From the NCBI GenBank assembly GCA_950097015.1, contig CATNEN010000001.1:25358001-25422000 (forward strand): DNA of 64,000 bases, read 5' to 3'. This DNA is from Macrostomum hystrix. Its lineage: Eukaryota; Animalia; Platyhelminthes. Below, piece by piece: positions 1 through 10,520 of the stretch. The stretch's first letter is position 1. Each line of letters begins with the position of its first letter. The notes beneath the pieces were generated by a model. It did not search any database. It was not told the origin of the DNA and saw only the letters and a program-made list of their open reading frames with translations. A program made the translations under genes and the position numbers.

Positions 1-78
1 AAAATCAATCGTTGTAGGCTGATCTTCACCCTTACAACAGTAGGATAAGAATAAGATACAAAGCATTAGACAACTCAC

Positions 79-144
79 TTGAGAAGGTGCAATGAAGTCA
101 TTTAGGTCCGTCAGTTGAACAACTGAACTGAATGACTTACTCAT
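79..144 (-). CDS. CIAO3: Cytosolic Fe-S assembly factor CIAO3/NARFL/Nar1, first coding exon (gene continues left of the window)
   Basis: The reverse complement from ATG 144 reads MSKSFSSVVQLTDLNDFIAPSQ, followed by a GTGAGT donor at 78. This matches the conserved Nar1/NARFL N-terminus ([23 protein letters not shown]). It is too short for the ORF track. Confidence 0.85.
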
Positions 145-584
145 GACTAGGTCAAACTTTTAACTAGGCAAATAAATGTTTATCTGTTTATTTAGAGAAA
201 GCGAGGGGATCGTTTGTCTCATACAATAGAAAACCAAAAAATTATGGACTCTCTTATCGTGTGTTAAAAAATCCACGATGCTGCATTTCAAAATCTTTCA
301 AGCCGTTCCCGTTTTGTTTGTAAACATTAAAGTATAACAAATACATTCAGCAACTCGTACTGTTTATGACAATATTATAAACATTTATCATTTATGTGTT
401 CTAAGTGATTTTAAAAATTTTCTTAATAGAAAAATTATTCACAAAATTCTCTTGAACTGTACTCATTAAGATAGCAAATTTAATTTTTGTTTACCAAGCA
501 ATTTCTGTGAAGAATTATTCTATTTCCTTGTTCTCGTCTTCGATTGTGACTGTTCTATTTTCCAGCACATTGACAATCGAGGCC
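145..584. promoter_or_regulatory. Compact divergent (bidirectional) promoter region between CIAO3 and PCF11
   Basis: The two start codons point away from each other 440 bp apart across an AT-rich spacer. Confidence 0.55.
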
Positions 585-3500
585 ATGCTATCTTCTCAGA
601 GTGTAGAAAAGGAGCACAACTCAGCGGTTTCAATGGAGGAACTTCTTATTGATTTCGAGAAGACGCTTATCGACACCCTGAAGGCCCCGGAGAAAAATGT
701 GATTGGAAACTTGACTGGAATGGTCGACGGATACCTCAGTCGTAAAGATAGCGCTGCTATCTGTCCAAATATTTGCAAGATTATCGAGCGCCGTTTAAAT
801 GAGGTAAGCATTTTTGTAATGTCTTGCAGGAAACGACTGCATTTTATTTCGAACGATGTATGTATTGCCATTGGATTGTATTGTTAATCTAATAAAAAAA
901 TAACTCAAATTACCGTGCTTTCCACTGTTCAGAAGATCGCTTTGAAGATCTTTTTTCTCTCTCCCAGTCTCTTGTTACTTATAAATATACTAATCGCCTT
1001 TAAGGCTTTATGTTATGCTGCTTTTTTGTCTTCCAATCTTTTTACTTTATGTTCATTGATGAGAAAAAAAAATTTTGCTTAGGCATTTTGTCTTTTGTTT
1101 GCAGTTACATTTACTTTACGTTTTTTCCAACTGCTAAAATACATAAAAAACAAGAGAACTTAAAAGATTTCCGGTCGCACAGCATGCACAATTAAACTAC
1201 TTACAGTAGAAATTAAAAAGGCACATTTTACAAGCCTTTCTCTTGCCTCGTTCTTTCCATTTGCAGGCCCAAGTAGGCAGGAAGCTGGCCCACCTCTACC
1301 TCCTGGATTCAATCGTCAAGAACCTGAAGACCTCCCAGTACCCGAAGCTGTTTGGGGCCAACCTGGTCCAAAGTTTTTCTGGCGTATTTCGCAAAGGTGA
1401 CGAAAAGATGCGCAAGAAACTGTTCGAGCTGCGCAAGACCTGGAATGAGCACTTCAGCCAGCAGGTGCTGCATAGCTTAGACCTGGCCGTGCGGGAGATC
1501 GACCCGGCCTGGCCCATGCTGGCCGCGCCGCCCCCTGGCCAGCAGCAGCCAAACGGCAACACAGCGAGGAAGCGCTGTCATTCACCAGATTCGCCAGATT
1601 CCACCACTAGTCATCAGCAGCAGGCGGCAGCGGCAGCAGCGGCGGCGGCGTCTGGTGGAGACTCGAGCAGCAGCAGCCGGAAGCGGATGTCTGTCGCTGG
1701 CGGTGATTTCGTTATCGACACAGTCGGCGACTCCAAAGCCGTGGAGGCTCTGGCATCGGCCAGAACCGGAAGGCCTCAGCAGTCGGCGAACTCCAGGACA
1801 GCAGCCAAGCCGTCAGATGTTGACATGCGCAGCGGCTGGAATCAGTTTAGGCGGGTGCAGAGCGGCTCCGGCGATGTTGATATGCGCCAGTTCCAGACTG
1901 TAAGTCGCAGGCAGGTATATCTCCTTCACGCGCTGTGGTGTGTGCCATGCTTAGCTTCCTCATCAGCTTAGTCTCTAGTTAGAGAATCTACCATTCTGAC
2001 ACCCTCTTGTCCATCTATAGAGCTTCACTTCAGCTTTGCCTTTTACTGGATTCCATTGAAGCATTTGCACAATTTTGTACCTTAGAATGCATTTAGCATC
2101 CCTGCTTGATGCCTCTATATATTATTATTACAATGATTTGCATACGTGAATTCAAGCAATGCTCTGATTGTCCATCAATAAACTGAACCAGTCAGCAGCC
2201 GGCCTGTTCATGTGGCCAGCTGCCAGAGAGCAGTCTTTCGGATTGATAGAATTATTTTTTAACACAATACAGATTTTAACATTCAAGGCCTGTCTATGAT
2301 GGCTGGAGATTCACACTGCGGCCGATAAGTATGTGCATTTATTGATAATCATCTATTTTACCCATTTTAATGGTTAATAAATACAGACAGCTCTCATAAA
2401 TATATCATGCTGCTTCATGACTTTCTCCACACGTTTGTGATGGCGGTGAGGTGTTTGATAAGTACTAACGAATAACACAAACAGATGTGAGAGTGGACTA
2501 TGCAAAAAACGACAGCCTACCTGTACTTTTATTGTCTAGCAGTATCTAATTAAGTAGTGATCTATCTGATCTTGCAATTTAGCTAGATTCTAGTAAGACG
2601 TCGAGAGTTATTGGCAGTATAGTTGAGATATAATCAATAAATAAATGACGAATAGGAAGCCGTCTTAACTGAGTCTTTGTCTTTCTCTATTTAATTGTGT
2701 TTCGCATTCCTGTTAAATTGTTTACCAAATTTTCCAACGAAATTAAGTTCGAGTTAATGTACTTTAGTGCTTTGGCTTAGTAACTGAGGTTAATTGTTTT
2801 ATTAGAGTTTAAAATAGACATTTAAGTTAATGACTTGGTGAGAATAGCAACTCGTTTTTAGTTTATGTTTAATCTGTGTAAATTTCAGACGTGTGCTGTT
2901 AGTGAGCTGGTATTAATATACTCTACACTAAAAGCAAAGCTAGGCTTTTGTCAGAACCAGTTTGTTCCAGATATGGGGCTATTTATAGCGATTATTAGTA
3001 GCATATCTAGTTGCCAGTCTGGGTGCGTCATAGCTATAACTTGTTTTTGCTATCTTTCTCTACCTTCAACAACAGCATTATCTAAAGCCCTTTAAACGTA
3101 CATCTGTTAAAAATATTGGAAGATTAAAATAGTATTTTTCGTAGGACACTACTAATATCCTGCTCATAGCCAATTGACATCTTTTTTAATTTTGTTTCTA
3201 ATCAGAAAAGCCGCACTCGGCCCAGATACACGGTGAATAATTTCTAGTCGCTCTATTCTCTCTCCTCCCCTGACACCGCAAACCCCCGGTGAATCGCAGG
3301 ATGACTCGGCCACGCCTGAGATGATGCGCAGTCAGGCGGCTCAGATACGCCGCATGCTGGGCAGCAGTTCCGGCGGCAGCCTGAGACCCGAGGTCCGACA
3401 GCAGCTCACCAGTTGTCTGAGAACTCTGGAATCTGAGCTGGCCGCAATGGGCGGTCAGCAGCAGCAGCCGGCCCAGGTTCCGCAGACGTCCGCCTCCTCC

Positions 3501-6013
3501 TCGGGCAGTCAGATTCCTCAGCACGTTGACAGCTTGCTGGATGCGCTGCTGGGCACAGCCGGTCAGCACCAGCCCACGCAGCCGACTACGGCGCCTATTC
3601 AGCAGCAGGTGGGCTTGCCGCATCCGCGAAGCCTGCCAAGCATGCCACCATCCAATCGTCACCGACAGCAACCCATGGAGCCGGTGTTTCACGATCTGTT
3701 CAGATGGCGAGTCACTGTGCCCGACATGCCGGAGTTCCCGCAGATTGGCTGCGATCCTCGCCTGCTGTCTCCAATGCGAGACCGGTTTGAGGCGTCCAGG
3801 AATATTCAAATTGATGGCGAGCTCAGACAGGTGAGGAATGGGAGCATTGTGCTGTAATGTCTCAAACTGGGGGTGAGGCCACATTCATTTTTGGCGCAGC
3901 CGCGGAGAGAAGGCTTGGGAGCTTTGCCTGCCTGAGGATGAGAAAGTTGGGTCTTGTAATGGACAGAATTAACTCGCTGGCTGCGGGTCTACTGTCACCA
4001 GGTGATGTGCCAGTGCCGCAGCCCTCTATCTAGTTATAAATTTTCTAATTACCTGGTCAATCGGTTGATATCCCAACCATCTCTCATCCCTCAGGTGGTG
4101 CTGGATCGTGTACAGCCGTTGCTAATCCTAGACGAGCAGCCCAGGGCCCTGCGGTTCAAGATGCCGCCAGGCGGGAAGATCCTGCTGCGAATTGATTCTC
4201 ACCAGCCGGTTGAACTCAAGATCAACGCCTGCACGAAGGTTCTGTTTGGCCTGCGACCGCATCTGGTGTGCCTGGGCGGCCCGTTTCACGAGCTAATAGT
4301 GCACGGCCGGCCCTACAATGTGCCATTCAACGATTCTAATCCTGTTATAATCTCGCTTGGCGGATCGGCTCAGTTCGGCATCAGGCTGCAAGCCATCCTG
4401 GCCAATGGCCGAGCTGTCACACCGTCGCTGGACATCTGCCCGCCCATTCCGCGGTCCGTGATGCGCTGGGCAAACGAGGGCGCCTTCGGCAGTCCGCAGC
4501 ATCTGCACCTGCCGCCTCTGAATCCGGAGCTGAACGCCTCCCAGCATCATCAGCAGCAGCAGCAGCCTGACACTGCTCAGCAGTCGCAGCCGGTGCCTCA
4601 AGCGGCTCAGCAGCAGCCGCCACCGCAGCAGTCGGTGCCCACAGTGTTTGAAGTATTCGAGAATCTCATCAAGCACGGCATCATCAAGAAGACCAACGCC
4701 GAGGATTTGCCCGAGCCCGATCTCACCAGCTTTGAAGGCATCGACAAGCCGCTGCCGATGATTCCAAAGCGCCTGTACGAAGGCTATCAGTGCCCGCAGT
4801 GCGGCCTGCGGTTCAACAGCGAACAGGCGCCTGAGTGCCGCGACCACATGGACTGGCACTACCAGCGCCGGGCTGCTCTGTTTGGCGTCACCATCCGGTC
4901 CAGGATGTGGTTTCCTCACTGGACCGCCCTGGTCAAGGGCGAAGATCCGGCTGAGCTGGCCGCCGCCGCAGCTGCCGCCGCCGCCGCAGTCGCCGCTGCT
5001 GCCAAAGCTGCGGCCACCAATTCCAAGAGCAGATCCGGCAAGGCTCAGAAATCTTCGCTTGATTTCACCGCTAGAAAGGTGAGTTCGAAATCACTGATCA
5101 TGGATTTTACTTGGCCCAGGACTTTCTTCCGTTTGACATTAAATGTTTTCTTTCTGCTCATTGCACCTTCTAGGAGCAGCAGCAGCAGCAGCAGCAGCAA
5201 GTCAGCCGAGTCTCCGCTTATCCGGAGCCTGAGCGCAACGTCTGCGGCGTCTGTTTCGAGACATTCGAGAATCGCTGGGACGACGACGCCGAGGACTGGA
5301 TGCTGCTGGACTGCGTGCGGCTGCCAGACGGCGGCATTTATCATCCGGTCTGCGCCGAGGACGCTGGCAAGGTGCGTGTGGACGATGACGAAGCCGACGT
5401 CAAGAAGGAAGACATCGCCGACCAGGAAGACTCAACTCCGTCGGAGCTGCTGACTAATCCCGCCGCGGCGCTGTTGAGCATCCTGAATGGCCGGAATCAA
5501 CCAGCGTCGCCTTGTGCTGCCGCTGCTGCTGATGCCGATTCTAAAATGTCAGCTGATGCTGTCAGCGTGAAGTCTGAGATCAAGACTGACGATGATGATG
5601 ACGATAATGTTGGACCTTCTGTTGGTCGTTTGGTCGATCATGAAGCTGAGATTGGTCATGACACATCAGCTGACGATGAGCATCGGGAGTCAGTGGCAGT
5701 TGGTCATGACACATCAGCTGAAGATGAGCATCAGGAGTCAGTGGCAGTTGGTCATGACACATCAGCTGACGATGAGCATCTGGAGTCAGTGGCAGTTGGT
5801 CATGACACATCATCAGCTGACGATGAGCATCTGGAGTCAGTGGCAGTTGGTCATGACACATCATCAGCTGACGATGAGCATCGGGAGTCAGTGGCAGTTG
5901 GTCATGACACATCATCAGCTGACGATGAGCATCTGGAGTCAGTGGCAGTTGATCCCGATTCCGTCGATGTTGACTTAGTCGCATCTGCTGAAGCCAATAA
6001 CGATGACAATTGA
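585..6013 (+). CDS. PCF11: Pre-mRNA cleavage factor II subunit PCF11 (about 1068 aa, 5 exons)
   Basis: Exons 585-803, 1267-1899, 3300-3830, 4095-5078 and 5174-6013; all introns are GT-AG, phase 0. Contains the CID motif KLAHLYLLDSIVKN...LFELRKTW...DPAWP, zinc finger 1 LYEGYQCPQCGLRF...DHMDWHY, a Clp1-binding RSRMWF segment, and zinc finger 2 CGVCFETFENRWDDDAEDW...IYHPVC. Confidence 0.93.
3860..4026 (+). mobile_element. SINE family A, internally deleted copy in PCF11 intron 3
   Basis: Shares gccgcggagagaaggctt and cgctggctgcgggtctactgtcacca...gcagccctc with the full-length copies at 15325 and 42900. Confidence 0.75.
5654..5950 (+). repeat. Coding tandem repeat in the PCF11 C-terminus (6 x 48/51 bp; GHDTS(S)ADDEHxESVAV)
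   Basis: Six in-frame units; the only length variation is 3 bp. Confidence 0.9.
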
Positions 6014-6440
6014 TATGGCATTCGACTGTGCATATGCCTAGCTCCAAATTGCCAAGGCTTTGTATATGATTAACTAGTTATAATTAAATACAGAATCTGC
6101 CTTATTAAAATAGATATTTCACTGGATTTCTCGAACGCAGCTTATGAATTTCAACTGCCCTTTTTTGTGTTATTTAAATACCTGTCCTCCTATGTGACCA
6201 GTTAAGCTACTTTTTAATGCTACTTTTTTGTAGACAAAAGATTGTCAGTAGTAAGTTAAGGATGTAAATTAACTGGACTGTGAGATTCGACTGTGTTAAT
6301 TCCTCCTAAAGTGCAAAGCATTCTATTTACATATTCTGCATTAACTGCATTGACTTGGATCTGTTTCTGTACCAGTAATTATTTAATTAACTGTGTGAAG
6401 GGTCTGGCCTAGATGTCGCAGTGATTGTTTTTATTTTTTA

Positions 6441-6446
6441 AATAAA
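6441..6446 (+). terminator. Candidate PCF11 poly(A) signal AATAAA
   Basis: AATAAA 430 nt after the stop codon, followed by GT/T-rich sequence. ATTAAA alternatives lie at about 6083 and 6104. Confidence 0.45.
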
Positions 6447-6961
6447 TTTGACACTAATGGACTTTGCTTGTGCCGCCTTGTTGTATTATAGTCGCTCGTA
6501 TAATAATAATCATTATAAATACGCAATCTTCGGTTACCATAGGAACCTAACGAATGTTCATTAAACGCCTCTCTAACTGCTAATTTAGGTTTTATCTATC
6601 TATCATTTACTGGTATCTGCTACAGGTTTTGGATAGGATTGGCCATAGACTAAATAAACCTAAGGCTGATGTTCCAGAATGCTGTGCATCTAGCTGATAC
6701 CGTATATGGTCTTACATGCTGTGCTTTTATTGCTTTGACTGTTTATTCAGTAATTTGTTCCGCTTGCCGAATAACTTAACAAAAGACTGCGATTCTTAAA
6801 TTTGATATATATTTTTCTCTATTTAATTAGCTTCTCGCATTACTGTTGTTCCTCTGGTTCATATAAAAAATATACTAATATAAGTATACGCTGCAGTGTT
6901 GTTAAATAAAAATATTTTCTGTAATTGAAACTGGTTCTTTTTTCCTTTGCAAGTTTGTCGC

Positions 6962-7180
6962 AAAGGCTTGTCGTGCAAGAGCCAACCTCCAAGGCACAGT
7001 GAGAGTGTACACTTCCTGACGATGAGAAAGTCAGGGCAGATGTACACACCTGCGTTAGCGTGTGCGTGCGTAGAGTATCTGTGCGTGTGTGCTCAGGGGT
7101 CAGCGAAATGGGCAGAATTGCCTTCTCTCTGGCCTCGGGTCTAGTTCAGTGTCACGAAATGTATTGTGCAATTGTTATTA
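6962..7180 (+). mobile_element. SINE family A, 5'-truncated copy
   Basis: gccaacctccaaggcacagtg...cctgacgatgagaaagtcaggg...gctcaggggtcagcg matches the family body. Confidence 0.8.
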
Positions 7181-7196
7181 CACAATTGTGTAATAG

Positions 7197-7390
7197 AGAT
7201 GAGATGGAGGAGAGATCAGACTCGGGAGAGATCAGACAAGGGAGAGATGAGACAGGAGAGATGAGTCCCGGGAGAGATGAGACAGAGGAGAGATGAGACA
7301 GGGAGAGATGAGACAGGAGAGATGAGTCCCGGGAGAGATGAGACAGAGGAGAGATGAGACAGGGAGAGATGAGACGGGGAGAGATGGGTC
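7197..7390 (+). repeat. Minisatellite, 15-17 bp (GGGAGAGATGAGACA)n
   Basis: Tandem units; the reverse complement of the array at 28660-29440. Confidence 0.85.
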
Positions 7391-7603
7391 TGTCGCGGCT
7401 TTCTTAATTGTCTCCCCAGGTTCTTTGCACCTTTCGTATGTTCAACTTTCATTCTTCACAGTCAGTTTGTCACCTGGCTCTAAATCTGTCTGCTTCTCTA
7501 CATTAGCCCTTGATTTCGCGATCTTTCTTCGCATTCAGAGCCGTAACGACCGCCTCTTACTATGTCGACACAATTAAGCGCACGATTTTTAGGAAAGTCA
7601 TTT

Positions 7604-8836
7604 TTAGAAAGAGATGAGACTGTGAAGAGGTTTACTAGTTTGAGTATCTGCAGCCTTCACTGTGCTCACACTGCCATCTGCAGCCTTCACTGTGCTCACA
7701 CTGCCATCTGCAGCCTTCACTGTGCTCACACTGCCATCTGCAGCCTTCAGTGTGCTCACACTGCCATCTGCAACCTTCACTGTGCTCACACTGCCATCAG
7801 CAGCCTTCACTGTGCTCACACTGCCATCTGCAGCCTTCACTGTGCTCACACTGCCATCTGCAGCCTTCACTGTGCTCACACTGCCATCTGCAGCCTTCAC
7901 TGTGCTCACACTGCCATCTGCAGCCTTCACTGTGCTCACACTGAAATCTGCAGCCTTCACTGTGCTCACACTGAAATCAGAAGCCTTCACTGTGCTCACA
8001 CTGCCATCTGCAGCCTTCACTGTGCTCACACTGCCATCTGCAGCCTTCACTGTGCTCACACTGCCATCAGCAGCCTTCACTGTGCTCACACTGCCATCTG
8101 CAGCCTTCACTGTGCTCACACTGCCATCTGCAGCCTTCACTGTGCTCACACTGCCATCTGCAGCCTTCACTGTGCTCACACTGCCATCTGCAGCCTTCAC
8201 TGTGCTCACACTGCCATCTGCAGCCTTCACTGTGCTCACACTGCCATCTGCAGCCTTCACTGTGCTCACACTGCCATCTGCAGCCTTCACTGTGCTCACA
8301 CTGCCATCAGCAGCCTTCACTGTACTCACACTGCCATCTGCAGCCTTCACTGTGCTCACACTGCCATCTGCAGCCTTCACTGTGCTCACACTGCCATCTG
8401 CAGCCTTCACTGTGCTCACACTGCCATCTGCAGCCTTCACTGTGCTCACACTGAAATCTGAAGCCTTCACTGTGCTCACACTGCCATCTGAAGCCTTCAC
8501 TGTGCTCACACTGGCATCTGAAGCCTTCACTGTGCTCACACTGCCATCTGCAGCCTTCACTGTGCTCACACTGCCATCTGCAGCCTTCACTGTGCTCACA
8601 CTGCCATCTGCAGCCTTCACTGTGCTCACACTGCCATCTGCAGCCTTCACTGTGCTCACACTGCCATCTGCAGCCTTCACTGTGCTCACACTGCCATCTG
8701 CAGCCTTCACTGTGCTCACACTGCCATCTGCAGCCTTCACTGTGCTCACACTGAAATCGGAAGCCTTAACATCTCCAGCCGCCGGGGCCAGAGTTTCAGA
8801 GCCACTCGGGGTTGTTTTCTCGTCCGATGTCAAGGT
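7604..8836 (-). CDS. Candidate terminal exon encoding a (VSTVKAADGS)n repeat protein
   Basis: Open frame running from unique sequence (TLTSDEKTTPSGSETLAPAAGDVK) into the repeat, after a possible catag acceptor. Unit variants are mostly synonymous or conservative in this frame. No upstream exon was identified. Confidence 0.35.
   Translation of the reverse strand, partial: TLTSDEKTTPSGSETLAPAAGDVKASDFSVSTVKAADGSVSTVKAADGSVSTVKAADGSVSTVKAADGSVSTVKAADGSVSTVKAADGSVSTVKAADGSVSTVKASDASVSTVKASDGSVSTVKASDFSVSTVKAADGSVSTVKAADGSVSTVKAADGSVSTVKAADGSVSTVKAADGSVSTVKAADGSVSTVKAADGSVSTVKAADGSVSTVKAADGSVSTVKAADGSVSTVKAADGSVSTVKAADGSVSTVKAADGSVSTVKAADGSVSTVKAADGSVSTVKASDFSVSTVKAADFSVSTVKAADGSVSTVKAADGSVSTVKAADGSVSTVKAADGSVSTVKAADGSVSTVKVADGSVSTLKAADGSVSTVKAADGSVSTVKAADGSVSTVKAADTQTSKPLHSLISF
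7647..8767. repeat. 30-bp tandem array (cagccttcactgtgctcacactgccatctg), about 37 copies
   Basis: Exact 30-bp period with no indels. Confidence 0.97.
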
Positions 8837-9496
8837 CTATGCTTGTGAGGAGCCCCTGCAATTGGCAGTGCTAGTTGTCAATGCCTCAGTGCATTTAAAT
8901 GACAGCTTCAACACAAATTCAAATCTGCACTCCGCTTTCGGTTTGAAATTCTTTACCGAGTCCGTCAACAATTCTGAGTTTTTCTTTCTTGAATTACCAT
9001 TTTACACAGCTCCTACGTCGTATTTCCTTCTACAAGTGCAACTAGTTGGGAAGCGAATCGTTTATAGCTGCATTGTTTAATAAGAAAAGTAACGATCTAA
9101 TAGCGTTACTGGGAAGAACTCACAATTAGAAAAGGAAATGGAATGCAGCGGAAACACAATGCTCGTAATCCCTAATTATCAGAGGAACTTTTAATCAGAT
9201 TTGCTCGCTCTTAATGCATCCATATTTTGGGATTTTCCGTTTAATCGGCTTTGGGATAAAATTTAAAAATCTCTAGAATGCGGAAACGAAAATTTGGGTT
9301 TTTCAAGGAACTGCGTGATTAGCCTTCTAAACTTTCAAAAGCTGATTTTATAGGATTAATTTCTTTTTTCGCTCTAACTTGTTGCGTGTCTCTTTTTCCG
9401 CTAACGAATCTGCCTGAGGTAATTGCTACATCAGGTGCAAAATCTTAAAGACTAAAGTACAAGCCGTGATCAATGGTTCTTAGTTCATGGCTCAGT

Positions 9497-10520
9497 ACCA
9501 TTCTGTCAGCTGAGTATCATTCTGTCAGCTGAGTATCATTCTGTCAGCTGAGTATCATTCTGTCAGCTGAGTATCATTCTATCAGCTGAGTATCATTCTG
9601 TCAGCTGAGTATCATTCTATCAGCTGAGTATCATTCTGTCAGCTGAGTATCATTCTGTCAGCAGAACGTCATTCTGTCAGCAGAGTATCATTCTATCAGC
9701 AGAACGTCATTCTGTCAGCAGAGTATCATTCTATCAGCAGAACGTCATTCTGTCAGCAGATCAGCGTCATTCTGTCAGCAGATCAGCGTCATTCTGTCAG
9801 CAGAGCGTCATTCTGTCAGCAGATCAGCGTCATTCTATCAGCAGAGCGTCATTCTGTCAGCAGAGTATCATTCTATCAGCAGAGCGTCATTCTGTCAGCA
9901 GATCAGCGTCATTCTGTCTTGACTTACTTGACTTAGCGGCAGGGAGCCTCCATGACGGACGCAGCGAGGAGGCGGCTGATGCCGCCCATATCGCTAACCC
10001 CTGGCAGAGGCTCCCCCCCGTCATTCTGTCAGCAGAGCGTCATTCTGTCAGCAGAGCTCCCCCCGTCATTCTGTCAGCAGAGCGTCATTCTGTCAGCAGA
10101 GCGTCATTCTGTCAGCAGAGCTCCCCCCGTCATTCTGTCAGCAGAGCGTCATTCTGTCAGCAGAGCGTCATTCTGTCAGCAGATCAGCGTCATTCTGTCA
10201 GCAGAGCGTCATTCTGTCAGCAGAGCGTCATTCTGTCAGCAGATCAGCGTCATTCTATCAGCAGAGCGTCATTCTGTCAGCAGATCAGCGTCATTTTATC
10301 AGCAGAGCGTCATTCTGTCAGCAGATCAGCGTCATTCTGTCAGCAGAGCGTCATTCTGTCAGCAGATCAGCGTCCATTCTGTCAGCAGAGCGTCATTCTG
10401 TCAGCAGAGCGTCATTCTGTCAGCAGATCGTCATTCTGTCAGCAGAGCGTCATTCTGTCAGCAGAGTATCATTCTATCAGCAGAGCGTCATTCTGTCAGC
10501 AGATCAGCGTCATTCTGTCA
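9497..10520. repeat. 19-bp minisatellite (tcattctgtcagcagagcg / tcattctgtcagctgagta), interrupted at 9919-10020
   Basis: Tandem units with a left-to-right gradient of variants. Confidence 0.95.
9919..10020 (-). mobile_element. Short retro-insertion, probably the 3' end of a non-LTR (RTE-like) element
   Basis: Flanked by duplicated tcattctgtc (9909-9918 and 10021-10030). The minus strand ends in taagtcaagtaagtcaa and carries a GC-rich stem-loop. Confidence 0.5.

Noticed and set aside
507-584. ORF-track N-terminal extension of PCF11, and read-through tails of ORFs 1243-1971 and 4002-5453
   Set aside because: The start is non-ATG and the tails run into introns; splice sites restore PCF11 homology.
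7016-7040. Hammerhead-like CTGACGA...GAAA in SINE family A
   Set aside because: No helix II or III can form; the bases are better explained by the ctgac/gtcag hairpin.
7562-9080. Plus-strand Cys/His-rich (AICSLHCAHT)n and (VLTLPSAAFT)n ORFs
   Set aside because: They are by-products of a stop-free 30-bp unit; the variant pattern fits the minus frame better.
9942-10015. SECIS element
   Set aside because: ATGA is present but there is no proper helix II with apical AA and no selenoprotein gene upstream.
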